The translations under genes and the position numbers were made by a program. This document shows positions 49,326 through 58,336 of a stretch of DNA of 64,000 nt, piece after piece; within the stretch, counting starts at the first letter, position 1, and each line of letters begins with the position of its first letter. The DNA lies in the NCBI GenBank assembly GCA_963662795.1, contig OY759746.1, positions 3,712,001 through 3,776,000 of the forward strand, in the 5' to 3' direction. The notes below the pieces were generated by a model. That model did not search any database, was not told the DNA's origin, and was given only the letters and a program-made list of their open reading frames with translations. Source of the stretch: Spirochaetia bacterium. Lineage in GTDB: Bacteria > Spirochaetota > Spirochaetia > CADAEX01.

Positions 49326-50960
49326 TTAAATTGACCTCGCATCAAACTCTCTTTTCTGCTGATCAACTGCAAGCTTCATACCTGTGGGAGTGGTTGTCGT
49401 ACCAATACCTTTGCAGCCGCAAATAATCTTCCCTACCTTGAGAAGAGCATCGCACATTTCTCCAAATGGAATTACAGCGTCAAAACCTGCCACAACCGTG
49501 TTGGCGCTTACTACAGCAGTAGCTGTGGCGCTCATGTTTCTTGCAATACACGGAACCTGAACCAGCCCGGCAACAGGATCACACACAAGCCCCAGGAGAC
49601 TTTGAAGAGAAAGTGAGGCAGCATCGCAGGACTGCTTGACCGTACCGCCCATCATTTGAACTAAAGCCCCGGATGCCATCGCGGCTGCACTACCTATTTC
49701 AGCCTGGCAGCCGAATTCCCCACCGGAAAAACTGTTGTCTTTTGCCATGCAGACACCTATTACTCCGGCGGACAGAAGTGCTTTGACAACCTCTTTTCTT
49801 TCAGAGCAGAAATACTCACCAGTACTGTAAATTACAGCCGGAACTATCCCTGCCGAACCTCCTGTCGGTATACAGACAATAAGGCCGGCGGCATTGCTGT
49901 ATTCCATAACAGCCAGAGAAACCGGAACCGCGATATCAAGGATTCCCATGGGAACAGTTTTTGGTTTTTCTGAATTTTCCGTAAACCGACTAAGCATCTT
50001 TCCCGCTTTCGGAGTTACAATACCATTTATTTCAAAACACCCTTCTTTTCCTTTAATAATTGATTTATTAATTATTTCCCATAAATGATCTGCATAATCA
50101 AAAATCTCACTGCTCGTCCATCCGGTTACCGCTGATTCATACATTACCGCCGCTTCCCACAACGAATAGTTATTTTCTTCAATATATTTCATCATTTCAT
50201 CATAGGAAGAAAAAGGAAGTTCTGTGTTATTGCGGTATACTGCCGGATAAACAGGGCCCAGGCAGGAGATATTCCCCGATCCGGTAATATTCTTCAATTC
50301 TTCCAGAAAATCCGGTTGAAACGGTAAATTGCTTTTTATCCCCAAAAGTGAAACTTTGCCGCTACCTTTCGTAAAATATAATTCGACCTTTGTTGTAATT
50401 TTTTTCTTCAAGGTATCAGCAATATTACGCAATTCTTTTTCTGTTTTTCTGCTGAAAAAAACTAGAATCTCATGGCAATCCCCACGCAATTCAAGAGAGC
50501 AGTCATCGATTTCAAGTAGCACAACTGTACCTCCGCCTGTCGAATCAGCAATAATATGATGAATATTATTTCCCTCTTTGTCTGCGATCAGAATATTCAT
50601 CCCCTTCATGGTTCCTGTGCCTTGCCAGCTTTCAGTATCAAAAGAAAACTTAATTCCTTCATCTTCAGCATTTTTATAGGCACTGAAAAAATCAGGCACT
50701 TCGCAGGGTTTTCCCAGTAGCCCGTTTATAAATGCCAAATCGCTTTTCATACCCAGAAAGGTTCTTTTGAAGCTTGTTGAAGCAGCAAGCTTAATGTCAA
50801 ATTTTAATGGATATGAAGATTTTTCAACCTGACTCAAAAGCTGTCTTAAAAGAGACCCTATGCGAAAAGGGGCCGCCGTATTTGAACTCGAAGGGCCGAT
50901 TGCAACAGGACCAAGGACATGATTAAAAATTGAAGGATTTGTTTTCATTTTATTCTCCAT
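49326..50960 (-). CDS. Fe-S L-serine dehydratase-like enzyme, fused beta-(ACT-like)-alpha
   Basis: SIFN.VLGP..IGPSSSNTA, STGGG, PTGGSAG, GCQAEIG, LGLVCDPVAGLVQVPCI.RN (three Fe-S Cys). Confidence 0.88.
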   Translation of the reverse strand: MENKMKTNPSIFNHVLGPVAIGPSSSNTAAPFRIGSLLRQLLSQVEKSSYPLKFDIKLAASTSFKRTFLGMKSDLAFINGLLGKPCEVPDFFSAYKNAEDEGIKFSFDTESWQGTGTMKGMNILIADKEGNNIHHIIADSTGGGTVVLLEIDDCSLELRGDCHEILVFFSRKTEKELRNIADTLKKKITTKVELYFTKGSGKVSLLGIKSNLPFQPDFLEELKNITGSGNISCLGPVYPAVYRNNTELPFSSYDEMMKYIEENNYSLWEAAVMYESAVTGWTSSEIFDYADHLWEIINKSIIKGKEGCFEINGIVTPKAGKMLSRFTENSEKPKTVPMGILDIAVPVSLAVMEYSNAAGLIVCIPTGGSAGIVPAVIYSTGEYFCSERKEVVKALLSAGVIGVCMAKDNSFSGGEFGCQAEIGSAAAMASGALVQMMGGTVKQSCDAASLSLQSLLGLVCDPVAGLVQVPCIARNMSATATAVVSANTVVAGFDAVIPFGEMCDALLKVGKIICGCKGIGTTTTPTGMKLAVDQQKREFDARSI

Positions 50961-50987
50961 AAGGCAGGAAACTCAGGATTAATACTG

Positions 50988-51917
50988 TTACCGGGTAATC
51001 CCCATTTCTTTTATTGCTTTTTTATTGTAATCACCGCACCACTCTTCAATCTCATCAAAAACCTGCCTCAAAGATGAGGAAATATACTTTTCCTTGTGAT
51101 AAATAAGATAGTAATGACGATATAACCCGCCTTTAATCGGAATAATTCTGGGGTTTCTGTTTGTAACATAACTTTCTGCGACATGCCTTGATAAAATCGA
51201 TATTCCCAGATTGTTCTTTATAAGCTCTATAATCGGTTTAATTAAATCAATCTCTTCAATTATGTTAAACTTTATATTGTGCATCTCCGTGTATTCATTA
51301 ATAACAATTCTCGATGTTCCTGATATCTCATGCATAATCATATTCTGATTTTCAAAATCCAGTGGATTTATTACAGCTTTCCCGGAAAGCGGATGGTCAG
51401 GATGGCATATTACGCACAGAGAATCTCTGATAAGAGGTTTTACGACAAGTTTTGAATTTTTAACTTTGAGGGCAACAACACCAAAATCTGTTTCCATGTT
51501 TTCTACTTTTTTAATGATTTCACTGCTTTTTGCCGACATAAGCTGGATAAAAATATTGGGATATTTCCGGTTGATATTCAACAGTATCTTATCAAAATAA
51601 TATTCTGAGAAGGGAAAAGTCGCGAATACACTGACATTTTCGCTGAATGCATTTTGATTGTCTGAAATAATATCTTCAATCTCTTTCTTTAAGGAAAAAA
51701 GCTGTTCACATTTAGGATAAACAGCTTTTCCCGCTTGAGTAAGAAATATTTTTTTCCCAATAATCTCAAAAAACTGTATTCCGCATTTTTCATGAAAATC
51801 TTTAATCTGAAGGCTTACTGCAGCCTGTGATATATTGAGTTCTTTTGCGGCTTTGGTAATTGAATTAAACTTTGAAATATTATAGAAAATATGCAAATGA
51901 TGCAGGTTTAAGTTCAT
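50988..51917 (-). CDS. LysR family regulator
   Basis: SITKAAKELNISQAAVSLQIK, LTQAGK, NLGISILS, R.YYLIYHKEKY. Confidence 0.95.
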   Translation of the reverse strand: MNLNLHHLHIFYNISKFNSITKAAKELNISQAAVSLQIKDFHEKCGIQFFEIIGKKIFLTQAGKAVYPKCEQLFSLKKEIEDIISDNQNAFSENVSVFATFPFSEYYFDKILLNINRKYPNIFIQLMSAKSSEIIKKVENMETDFGVVALKVKNSKLVVKPLIRDSLCVICHPDHPLSGKAVINPLDFENQNMIMHEISGTSRIVINEYTEMHNIKFNIIEEIDLIKPIIELIKNNLGISILSRHVAESYVTNRNPRIIPIKGGLYRHYYLIYHKEKYISSSLRQVFDEIEEWCGDYNKKAIKEMGITR

Positions 51918-51919
51918 AA

Positions 51920-52864
51920 TCAGTCTTTTTTATTTTGATACCCAAAATTTACTGTATAATAATCTTTCTTGAACTTTTCACTCCATTTTTCAAACTGATC
52001 AATAACTTGTTTCATGGAGGGTGATAAGTATTTTTTCCGGTGATAGATAAGATAAAAATAACGACAAAGCCCTCCATGAATTGGAATTGCCTTGATGCTT
52101 CCGTTATCAATATATTCTTTAGCCATATATCTGGATAGAATTGATATTCCGACATTATCTTTTACAAGTTCCAGCACCGGTCTTATCATGTCAATTTCTC
52201 CAATAACATTCAACCTTATATTATTTTGTTTTACATAATCATTGATCAATACTCTTGTAGTTGAACCTTCCTCGTGAAGGATCACGTTGTGTTTTTCAAA
52301 ATCATGTGAATGAATAATCACCTTGTCAGCCAGTTCATGATCAGGAGAACACATTAATGAAAGAGAATCCATCAGAAGGGTTTTTGCAATCAAATTCGAA
52401 TGTCTGGGATCTTTTCCAACAATTCCCATATCTGTTTCAAGATTTGCCACTTTTTTAATTATTTCGTCTGATTTAGCTGTAAGAAGTGAGATATAGATAG
52501 CTGGAAACTGCTTATTGATATTCATAAATATTTTGCTAAAATAATATTCTGTTACAGGCGATGTGGCATGGATATTGATTACTTCATTATAAGCTTGTTT
52601 GTTGCCAATTATCAGCTCCTCAACATCCTTAATTTGTAAAAACAGCTTTTCACACTGAAAATACAACGTTTTTCCGAAAGGTGTAAGATATATTTGTTTA
52701 CCGATAATTTCGACAACCCTGACACCGCATGATTTCTGGAAGTTTTTTAATTGAAGACTTACTGCAGATTGACTGATATTAAGCGCATTTGCAGCTTTTG
52801 TTATTGATAGATGTTTGCCAATATAGTAGAAAAGTTTCAAATGATGAATATTAATGTCCAACAT
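51920..52864 (-). CDS. LysR family regulator (close paralog of neighbour)
   Basis: SITKAANALNISQSAVSLQLK, LTPFGK, NVGISILS, RYFYLIYHRKKY. Confidence 0.95.
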   Translation of the reverse strand: MLDINIHHLKLFYYIGKHLSITKAANALNISQSAVSLQLKNFQKSCGVRVVEIIGKQIYLTPFGKTLYFQCEKLFLQIKDVEELIIGNKQAYNEVINIHATSPVTEYYFSKIFMNINKQFPAIYISLLTAKSDEIIKKVANLETDMGIVGKDPRHSNLIAKTLLMDSLSLMCSPDHELADKVIIHSHDFEKHNVILHEEGSTTRVLINDYVKQNNIRLNVIGEIDMIRPVLELVKDNVGISILSRYMAKEYIDNGSIKAIPIHGGLCRYFYLIYHRKKYLSPSMKQVIDQFEKWSEKFKKDYYTVNFGYQNKKD

Positions 52865-53069
52865 CTATTTCCTCCATAATAAAATGAATATAATAATTGA
52901 TAACTTTTTATGATAATCAAGAATATAATTTTTTATATTTTTATAGATAAATGAAATAAAGTTTTAAATACTTAGGATATCATACAAAGATAATTACTTC
53001 AAACACTTCCTTGATATGAATTTTAAAATACTATACGTATTCCGGACTGTAATGATTGACACCTAATTT

Positions 53070-53496
53070 CATACGTTTAATTAAAACTGTGTAAATGCAG
53101 TATTCTAAATAGTCTTAAAAAGGCAAAAGATAAAGACTGTGCAGTATTATGATGAATAAAGAACGTTTAGAAGAATTGGACGCAGAGCTGAGAAAAGGGG
53201 TCAAGAGTGAATCAGATTTGGCAAACCCTTTAGGGTCGCTGATAAAATTAGCAATTGAGAAAGCACTTAATGCTGAATTAGATAACCATTTAGGTTATGA
53301 AAAGCATTCAAGCCAGGGCCGTAACAAACTGAAGAGCCGTAATGGCCGTACAGGCAAAAAAGTAATAACTGATTCCGGAGAACTTGAAATAGGAACACCA
53401 CGGAATCGGGATCGTGACTTTGAACCGCAAATCATTCACAAAGATCAGCGCAGATTTTTTTCTACCATTATTTCTAGCAGCTATAATTTATTATGA
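53070..53496 (+). mobile_element. IS256-family remnant (left end + truncated transposase 53149-53496)
   Basis: IR-like ...AAAACTGTGTAAAT; ALNAELDNHLGYEK, SRNG...K.V.T..GE.EI.TPR.RD..FEPQII; similarity stops after KDQRRF, no DDE domain. Confidence 0.85.
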
Positions 53497-53549
53497 ATAA
53501 AATTAAGGGATATTAAAATTAATTCTTTATAATGTAAGGATTTATAAAT

Positions 53550-53620
53550 AGCGAGCGAAGGGAATCGAACCCTCGGCACAAGCTTGGGAAGCTTGGGTAT
53601 TACCATTATACGACGCTCGC
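53550..53620 (-). tRNA. tRNA-Gly(CCC), CCA not encoded
   Basis: GCGAGCG-TC-GTAT/ATAC-CAAGC-TTCCCAA-GCTTG-GAGGG-TTCGATT-CCCTT-CGCTCGC-T cloverleaf. Confidence 0.97.
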
Positions 53621-53703
53621 AGAAAAATCAGCAAAAGCAACTGTTCCAGTTACCTTTACCATAGATTAAACCATAATATCAGAAACAGGGCTATACTATC
53701 ACA

Positions 53704-54732
53704 TTACTTTTTTATTGTAAAATAAATTAATTCCTTGTCAACCGCTGTAATCACAAGGGAAGTTCCTTCTTCTTCAAAATAGGGAATTGCAATTACTCCA
53801 CCCTTGTGCTTCATGCTGAATACTTCACTCCTCTCCCCTTCCGGAGTAATTTTTTCAAGTTTTAAAACTACAGATACAGGATATTCAGGGAGTGTTTTTT
53901 CAAGTATGCCGAATATCCTCCTTTCAGATTTTTCAGGAGGTGTTATTACAAACTGCATGATTGTTCCAAGGGGAACATGCACACCGCTCTGCGGTTTCTG
54001 CTGGACAACAGTCCCTTTTACTTCATTTTTTTTTGCTTCCCTCTGGGTGAAAAGAAACGGTATGTTGAATTCTGCAGCTTTTTTCATGGCGCTCATAAAA
54101 TCAAGAGAAGTAAACATCGGGGCTTCATAAGTCTGCCCCTCAGGGCCGCGGCTGACAACCAGGCTGAGTTCTGTGAGGCCGGCCAGGTCTGTGCCGGGAA
54201 GCGGCTTCTGCTCAAGTATTGTCCCCTCCGGTTTGCTGCTGTAAATTCTCATCACAGGTTCTTTTATTTTCAGCAGCGGCCCGTAGGTATTGAAAAGTGT
54301 TTTAAGATGGGTTTCAAGATCATTCAAATGCCATCCTGTATAATTCTCAACCTTGTCAATGATGGAACCTTTGCTTACCCTCATCACTATCTGGCTTCCG
54401 GCTTTTCTTATTGTTCCGGGATTGGGATCCTGCTCTATTACATTACCCTTATCTGCAGGATCAGAAGAGTATTTCAACTGAATCCGGCTGTTAAGTCCCC
54501 TGTCCTGAAGCGCAATGAGTGCTTCCTCAAGCTTCATTCCTGAAACATCGGGAACCATGACCTCTTCCGCCCCTTTAAGAACAATCATGAAAGCAAGAGA
54601 TGATGAGATTATCATGAATAAAAGGATACCGGTAATAACATATATCATAATCTTGAAAAATCTCGTGTTCTGATCGTCAGTTCTGTCTGGCAGTATCCTT
54701 TTTAATTTTTCAAGCCAATTGAGCATATTCAT
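53704..54732 (-). CDS. PASTA-domain membrane protein without kinase domain
   Basis: One TM; VPDVSG..L.EA...L...GL, G.VIEQ.P.PG, three PASTA-like units. Confidence 0.9.
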   Translation of the reverse strand: MNMLNWLEKLKRILPDRTDDQNTRFFKIMIYVITGILLFMIISSSLAFMIVLKGAEEVMVPDVSGMKLEEALIALQDRGLNSRIQLKYSSDPADKGNVIEQDPNPGTIRKAGSQIVMRVSKGSIIDKVENYTGWHLNDLETHLKTLFNTYGPLLKIKEPVMRIYSSKPEGTILEQKPLPGTDLAGLTELSLVVSRGPEGQTYEAPMFTSLDFMSAMKKAAEFNIPFLFTQREAKKNEVKGTVVQQKPQSGVHVPLGTIMQFVITPPEKSERRIFGILEKTLPEYPVSVVLKLEKITPEGERSEVFSMKHKGGVIAIPYFEEEGTSLVITAVDKELIYFTIKK

Positions 54733-54755
54733 CTCCAGTATCTTAACGGTTTTAT

Positions 54756-55709
54756 TTATTCCTGAAGCCCGGCGAGCCTTGATCCGGAAAAATCCCTTGC
54801 GCCGTTTAAAAAAGATTTAAAATCCATATTATTTTTGGACTGAGGCTTCAATTCAGTTACAGCAAGAAATCCTTCTCCTGTTTTTATCAGAATTCCATCT
54901 TTCCTGTCTATACCTGCGACAGTGCCTGGAGGAATATCCGAAGATCCCGTATCCAAAGCATTTATTGGTACATGACATTTTGTTATTGCAATCAGTTTCC
55001 CGTTCCAGTATGTAAAGATACCGGGCCAGGGATGATAAGCCCTTGATTTTCTTTCTATCATTACCGCGCTTTCACTCCAGTCGATAAGCCCGTCATTTTT
55101 TTCTACAAGCCGGCAGTATGTCGCACAGCTTTCATCCTGAGGGGAAGAGGTATAATTGCCTGATACAATATCTGCAAGCAGTTTTAAAATCATTTCAGCA
55201 CTTTTGACAGAGACTGTTTCTGAAAGCGACTCAAGCGTTTCATCACCTCTTAAGGGCAGGGTTATCTGAGCGAGAATATCTCCGCTGTCCATTTTCAGGG
55301 CCATTCTCTGAATTGTTATGCCGGTTTTACTCACGCCTGATAAAATAACCGCATTAAGCGGTGACGGCCCCCGGTAGAGGGGAAGGAGGGACGGATGAAT
55401 ATTAAGGACTTCCCTGCCAAAAAGAGAGAGGAAATCCTTTTTAAATATTTTTCCGTAGGCGAAAGTAACGAGGACATCAGGGGAAAGAGCCCTGACAGAA
55501 TCAATAAAATCACTGTCAGGTTTTTCCGGCTGAAAAACGGTAAGTCCCAGTGAAAGGGCTTTTTCTTTAACGGGGGATTGTTTTAAAAGGCCTTTTCTTC
55601 CTGCAGGACGGTCAGGATTTGTAAGCACCCCGCACACTTCGTATCTGCCGGCAATAGCTTCCAGTGACTTTACAGCAATTTCAGGTGTACCTGCAAAGAA
55701 TATTTTCAT
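54756..55709 (-). CDS. fmt: methionyl-tRNA formyltransferase
   Basis: FAGTPE, TNPDRPAGR, AYGKI, NIHPSLLP.YRGPSP, MDSGDI, PWPG. Confidence 0.97.
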   Translation of the reverse strand: MKIFFAGTPEIAVKSLEAIAGRYEVCGVLTNPDRPAGRKGLLKQSPVKEKALSLGLTVFQPEKPDSDFIDSVRALSPDVLVTFAYGKIFKKDFLSLFGREVLNIHPSLLPLYRGPSPLNAVILSGVSKTGITIQRMALKMDSGDILAQITLPLRGDETLESLSETVSVKSAEMILKLLADIVSGNYTSSPQDESCATYCRLVEKNDGLIDWSESAVMIERKSRAYHPWPGIFTYWNGKLIAITKCHVPINALDTGSSDIPPGTVAGIDRKDGILIKTGEGFLAVTELKPQSKNNMDFKSFLNGARDFSGSRLAGLQE

Positions 55710-56197
55710 TATTCCCTTGTTTTTTTGTTATAGAGGGCAAGCAGCCTCTCACGCTGTTTTTCATTCAGCCGGTCGGGAAAAAGTATACCGTTTAAATGGT
55801 CAAATTCATGCTGAATTACCCTGGCAAGGACATCATCTGCATCAAGACGGAATACCCTGCCATCAAGACCCCAGGCCTGTATCGTCACAGCGGATGGCCG
55901 AGATACATTTGCCCACACACCAGGAATACTAAGGCACCCCTCTTCATAAAGTTCCATCTCCTGTGATGTCTGTATAATATCAGGATTTATAAAAACCCTG
56001 ACCATATCTCCCGGCGCCCTGGTAATAAAAAGTCTTTTTTTTACCGCAACCTGGGGAGCGGCAAGGCCTATTCCGCTCTTTTTATCAAGTGTCTCTATCA
56101 TTTCATCTACAAGCGTCTTTATGTCGCCGTTAATGTCTGCGACAAGCGCCGCTTTTTCTGTCAATATTTCATTTCCGATTGTAATTACATCAAGCAT
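55709..56197 (-). CDS. def: peptide deformylase
   Basis: GIGLAAPQV, EGCLS, QHEFDHL.G. Confidence 0.98.
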   Translation of the reverse strand: MLDVITIGNEILTEKAALVADINGDIKTLVDEMIETLDKKSGIGLAAPQVAVKKRLFITRAPGDMVRVFINPDIIQTSQEMELYEEGCLSIPGVWANVSRPSAVTIQAWGLDGRVFRLDADDVLARVIQHEFDHLNGILFPDRLNEKQRERLLALYNKKTRE

Positions 56198-56337
56198 CAG
56201 TATAACCTTTTCTTAATTAAGAACATGTAAATTTCCGTCTATAGAATTGTCTTAATGCAGAAAAAACGAATTCTTATCTTAGATTAATAAAACTGAAAGT
56301 CATTGTCAATAAAAAACCTGTTTTCTGCTTTAGATTG

Positions 56338-58332
56338 CTACATAAGTGAAACAGGATCCACATCTATCTCCATGTAAACTCCGCCGCTGAGCTTTATTCT
56401 TTCCGTTGAAAAAAGAACGCTGCTGCGGGCAAAATGAAATTCAGGCGATAAAACAAGAATGTGATATCTGTAGTTGCCGGCAAGGAGCGAAACAGGACAC
56501 TCCGCAGGGCCAAGGATCCTTATATCGGGCAGAGGTGAATTGCCGGTACTTACAGATCTCTCTCTTAGTGATTTTAAATAGAATAAAAGCAGCTGTGAGA
56601 AATCATCTGCGGAACCGGACGCCTTTTTTCTGTCTTTAGCCCTGAAAACTACCCTGATTACTCTTGTAAAAGGGGGAAATCCCATCATTTTCCTGTTTTC
56701 TATCTCGGCTTTATAGAATTCCCCTACTCTCCTTTCAGCAGCAAACTTTATCGCGTAATTAGACGGCCTGTATGTCTGGATCATCACCTTCCCGTCTGCG
56801 GAAAACCGGCCTGTCCTTCCCGCTACCTGAGTAATCAGGGAAAAGGTTCTTTCCGCCGATCTGAAATCGGGCAGCTGGAGAGATGTATCTGCCATAATAA
56901 TACCAATCAGTTTTACGCCGGGAAAATTAAGCCCTTTTGCTATTATCTGGGTGCCGAGAAGGATATCTATTTCTCCTTTTTTGAATCTGCTGAAAATATC
57001 TTTCAAGTCGCCGCTTTTTTTTATGCTGTCGCTGTCAAGCCGTTCCACCGTCAGATAGGGAAACAGTGCGTTGATATCGGATTCTATCTTTTCAGTCCCG
57101 AAACCTGAGTATCCTACCTCAGGCGATCCGCATGAAGGACATGTCTTTGAAGGTTTTTCCGAATAGCCGCAGTAATGGCAGATAAGCCGCTCCTGTTCCC
57201 TGTGATAGGTAAGAGCGACGGAACACTGCCTGCATTTAAGCTCATAACCGCAATTGAGACAGTGGTAGTAATAAAAAAATCCCCTTCTGTTAAGAAAGAG
57301 AATGACCTGTCCTTTTTTTGCTGTTGTATCTCTTATCTCCTGCGCAAGCTGATTCGATATGGAACTTTTTTCCCGGTTCATGTCGATAATCTGCACCGGG
57401 GCAAAGCTTCCGCCTGCCGCAGCTTCGGTAAGCTGGAGTTTTTCAAGTTTTCCATTCATCATCAGATGCCAGGCTTCAACTGACGGAGTTGCACTTCCCA
57501 TAATAAGCTTACCGCCTGATAGTGATATCCTGTGCATTGCTACCTGCCGCGCATGGTAGCGTGGATTTGATCCTGCCTTGTAGGTCCCTTCATGCTCCTC
57601 ATCTATGATGATAAGTGCCGGGTCCCTGACTGGTGCAAATACAGCGCTTCTTGCGCCAAGGACGACCTTTGCCTCGCCGCTCTGTATCCTTCTCCACTGC
57701 GACAGTTTCTGTGAAGGGGTCAGGCCTGAATGGATAATTGCGATGCTGCCTCCGAACCGCTGAGCTGCAAATTCAGTAAGCTGATGCGTTAGCGCTATTT
57801 CAGGGACAAGATATATTACGCTTTTATTTTCTTTTACAACTTTCTCAGCGATCTGAAGATAGACTTCAGTCTTTCCCGATCCAGTAATTCCGTAAAGGTA
57901 AAAATACTTTTCACTGCTTTCAAGAATTTTATCAACAGCATTCTGCTGTCCTGTGTTAAGCAGCACCCCGGTGTATAAATCATCCTTCCCGTCAATTATT
58001 TCAAAATCCTTTTCCCTCCTGCCTGAGGGAATCATAGAGAAAAGAGCTTCGCCGGGTGAGCATAAATACATCCCGCTTATCCATTTTGAAAGATCATAAA
58101 ACTGATCATCAAAAAGAGGTTCGTCATCAATGATTCTGTCAATTTCCTTGATTTCAAAATCTGTTTCAGGTTTATCCACAAGTATATTGACGATAAACCC
58201 GGTAAGTTTGCGCCGTCCGAATTCAGCTGATATCCTTAAGCCTGTTTTTACTTTACCCGGATCAGTAGAATCCGGTATTGAGTAATAAAATGTAGAGTTA
58301 ATCGGTAAATTAAAAACAGCTTCGATATACAT
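56338..58332 (-). CDS. priA: replication restart helicase PriA
   Basis: GITGSGKTEVY, LVPEIAL, IIDEEHE, GSATPS, four CxxC pairs, GTQIIAKG, QVAGRTGR. Confidence 0.97.
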   Translation of the reverse strand: MYIEAVFNLPINSTFYYSIPDSTDPGKVKTGLRISAEFGRRKLTGFIVNILVDKPETDFEIKEIDRIIDDEPLFDDQFYDLSKWISGMYLCSPGEALFSMIPSGRREKDFEIIDGKDDLYTGVLLNTGQQNAVDKILESSEKYFYLYGITGSGKTEVYLQIAEKVVKENKSVIYLVPEIALTHQLTEFAAQRFGGSIAIIHSGLTPSQKLSQWRRIQSGEAKVVLGARSAVFAPVRDPALIIIDEEHEGTYKAGSNPRYHARQVAMHRISLSGGKLIMGSATPSVEAWHLMMNGKLEKLQLTEAAAGGSFAPVQIIDMNREKSSISNQLAQEIRDTTAKKGQVILFLNRRGFFYYYHCLNCGYELKCRQCSVALTYHREQERLICHYCGYSEKPSKTCPSCGSPEVGYSGFGTEKIESDINALFPYLTVERLDSDSIKKSGDLKDIFSRFKKGEIDILLGTQIIAKGLNFPGVKLIGIIMADTSLQLPDFRSAERTFSLITQVAGRTGRFSADGKVMIQTYRPSNYAIKFAAERRVGEFYKAEIENRKMMGFPPFTRVIRVVFRAKDRKKASGSADDFSQLLLFYLKSLRERSVSTGNSPLPDIRILGPAECPVSLLAGNYRYHILVLSPEFHFARSSVLFSTERIKLSGGVYMEIDVDPVSLM

Positions 58333-58336
58333 CAGC

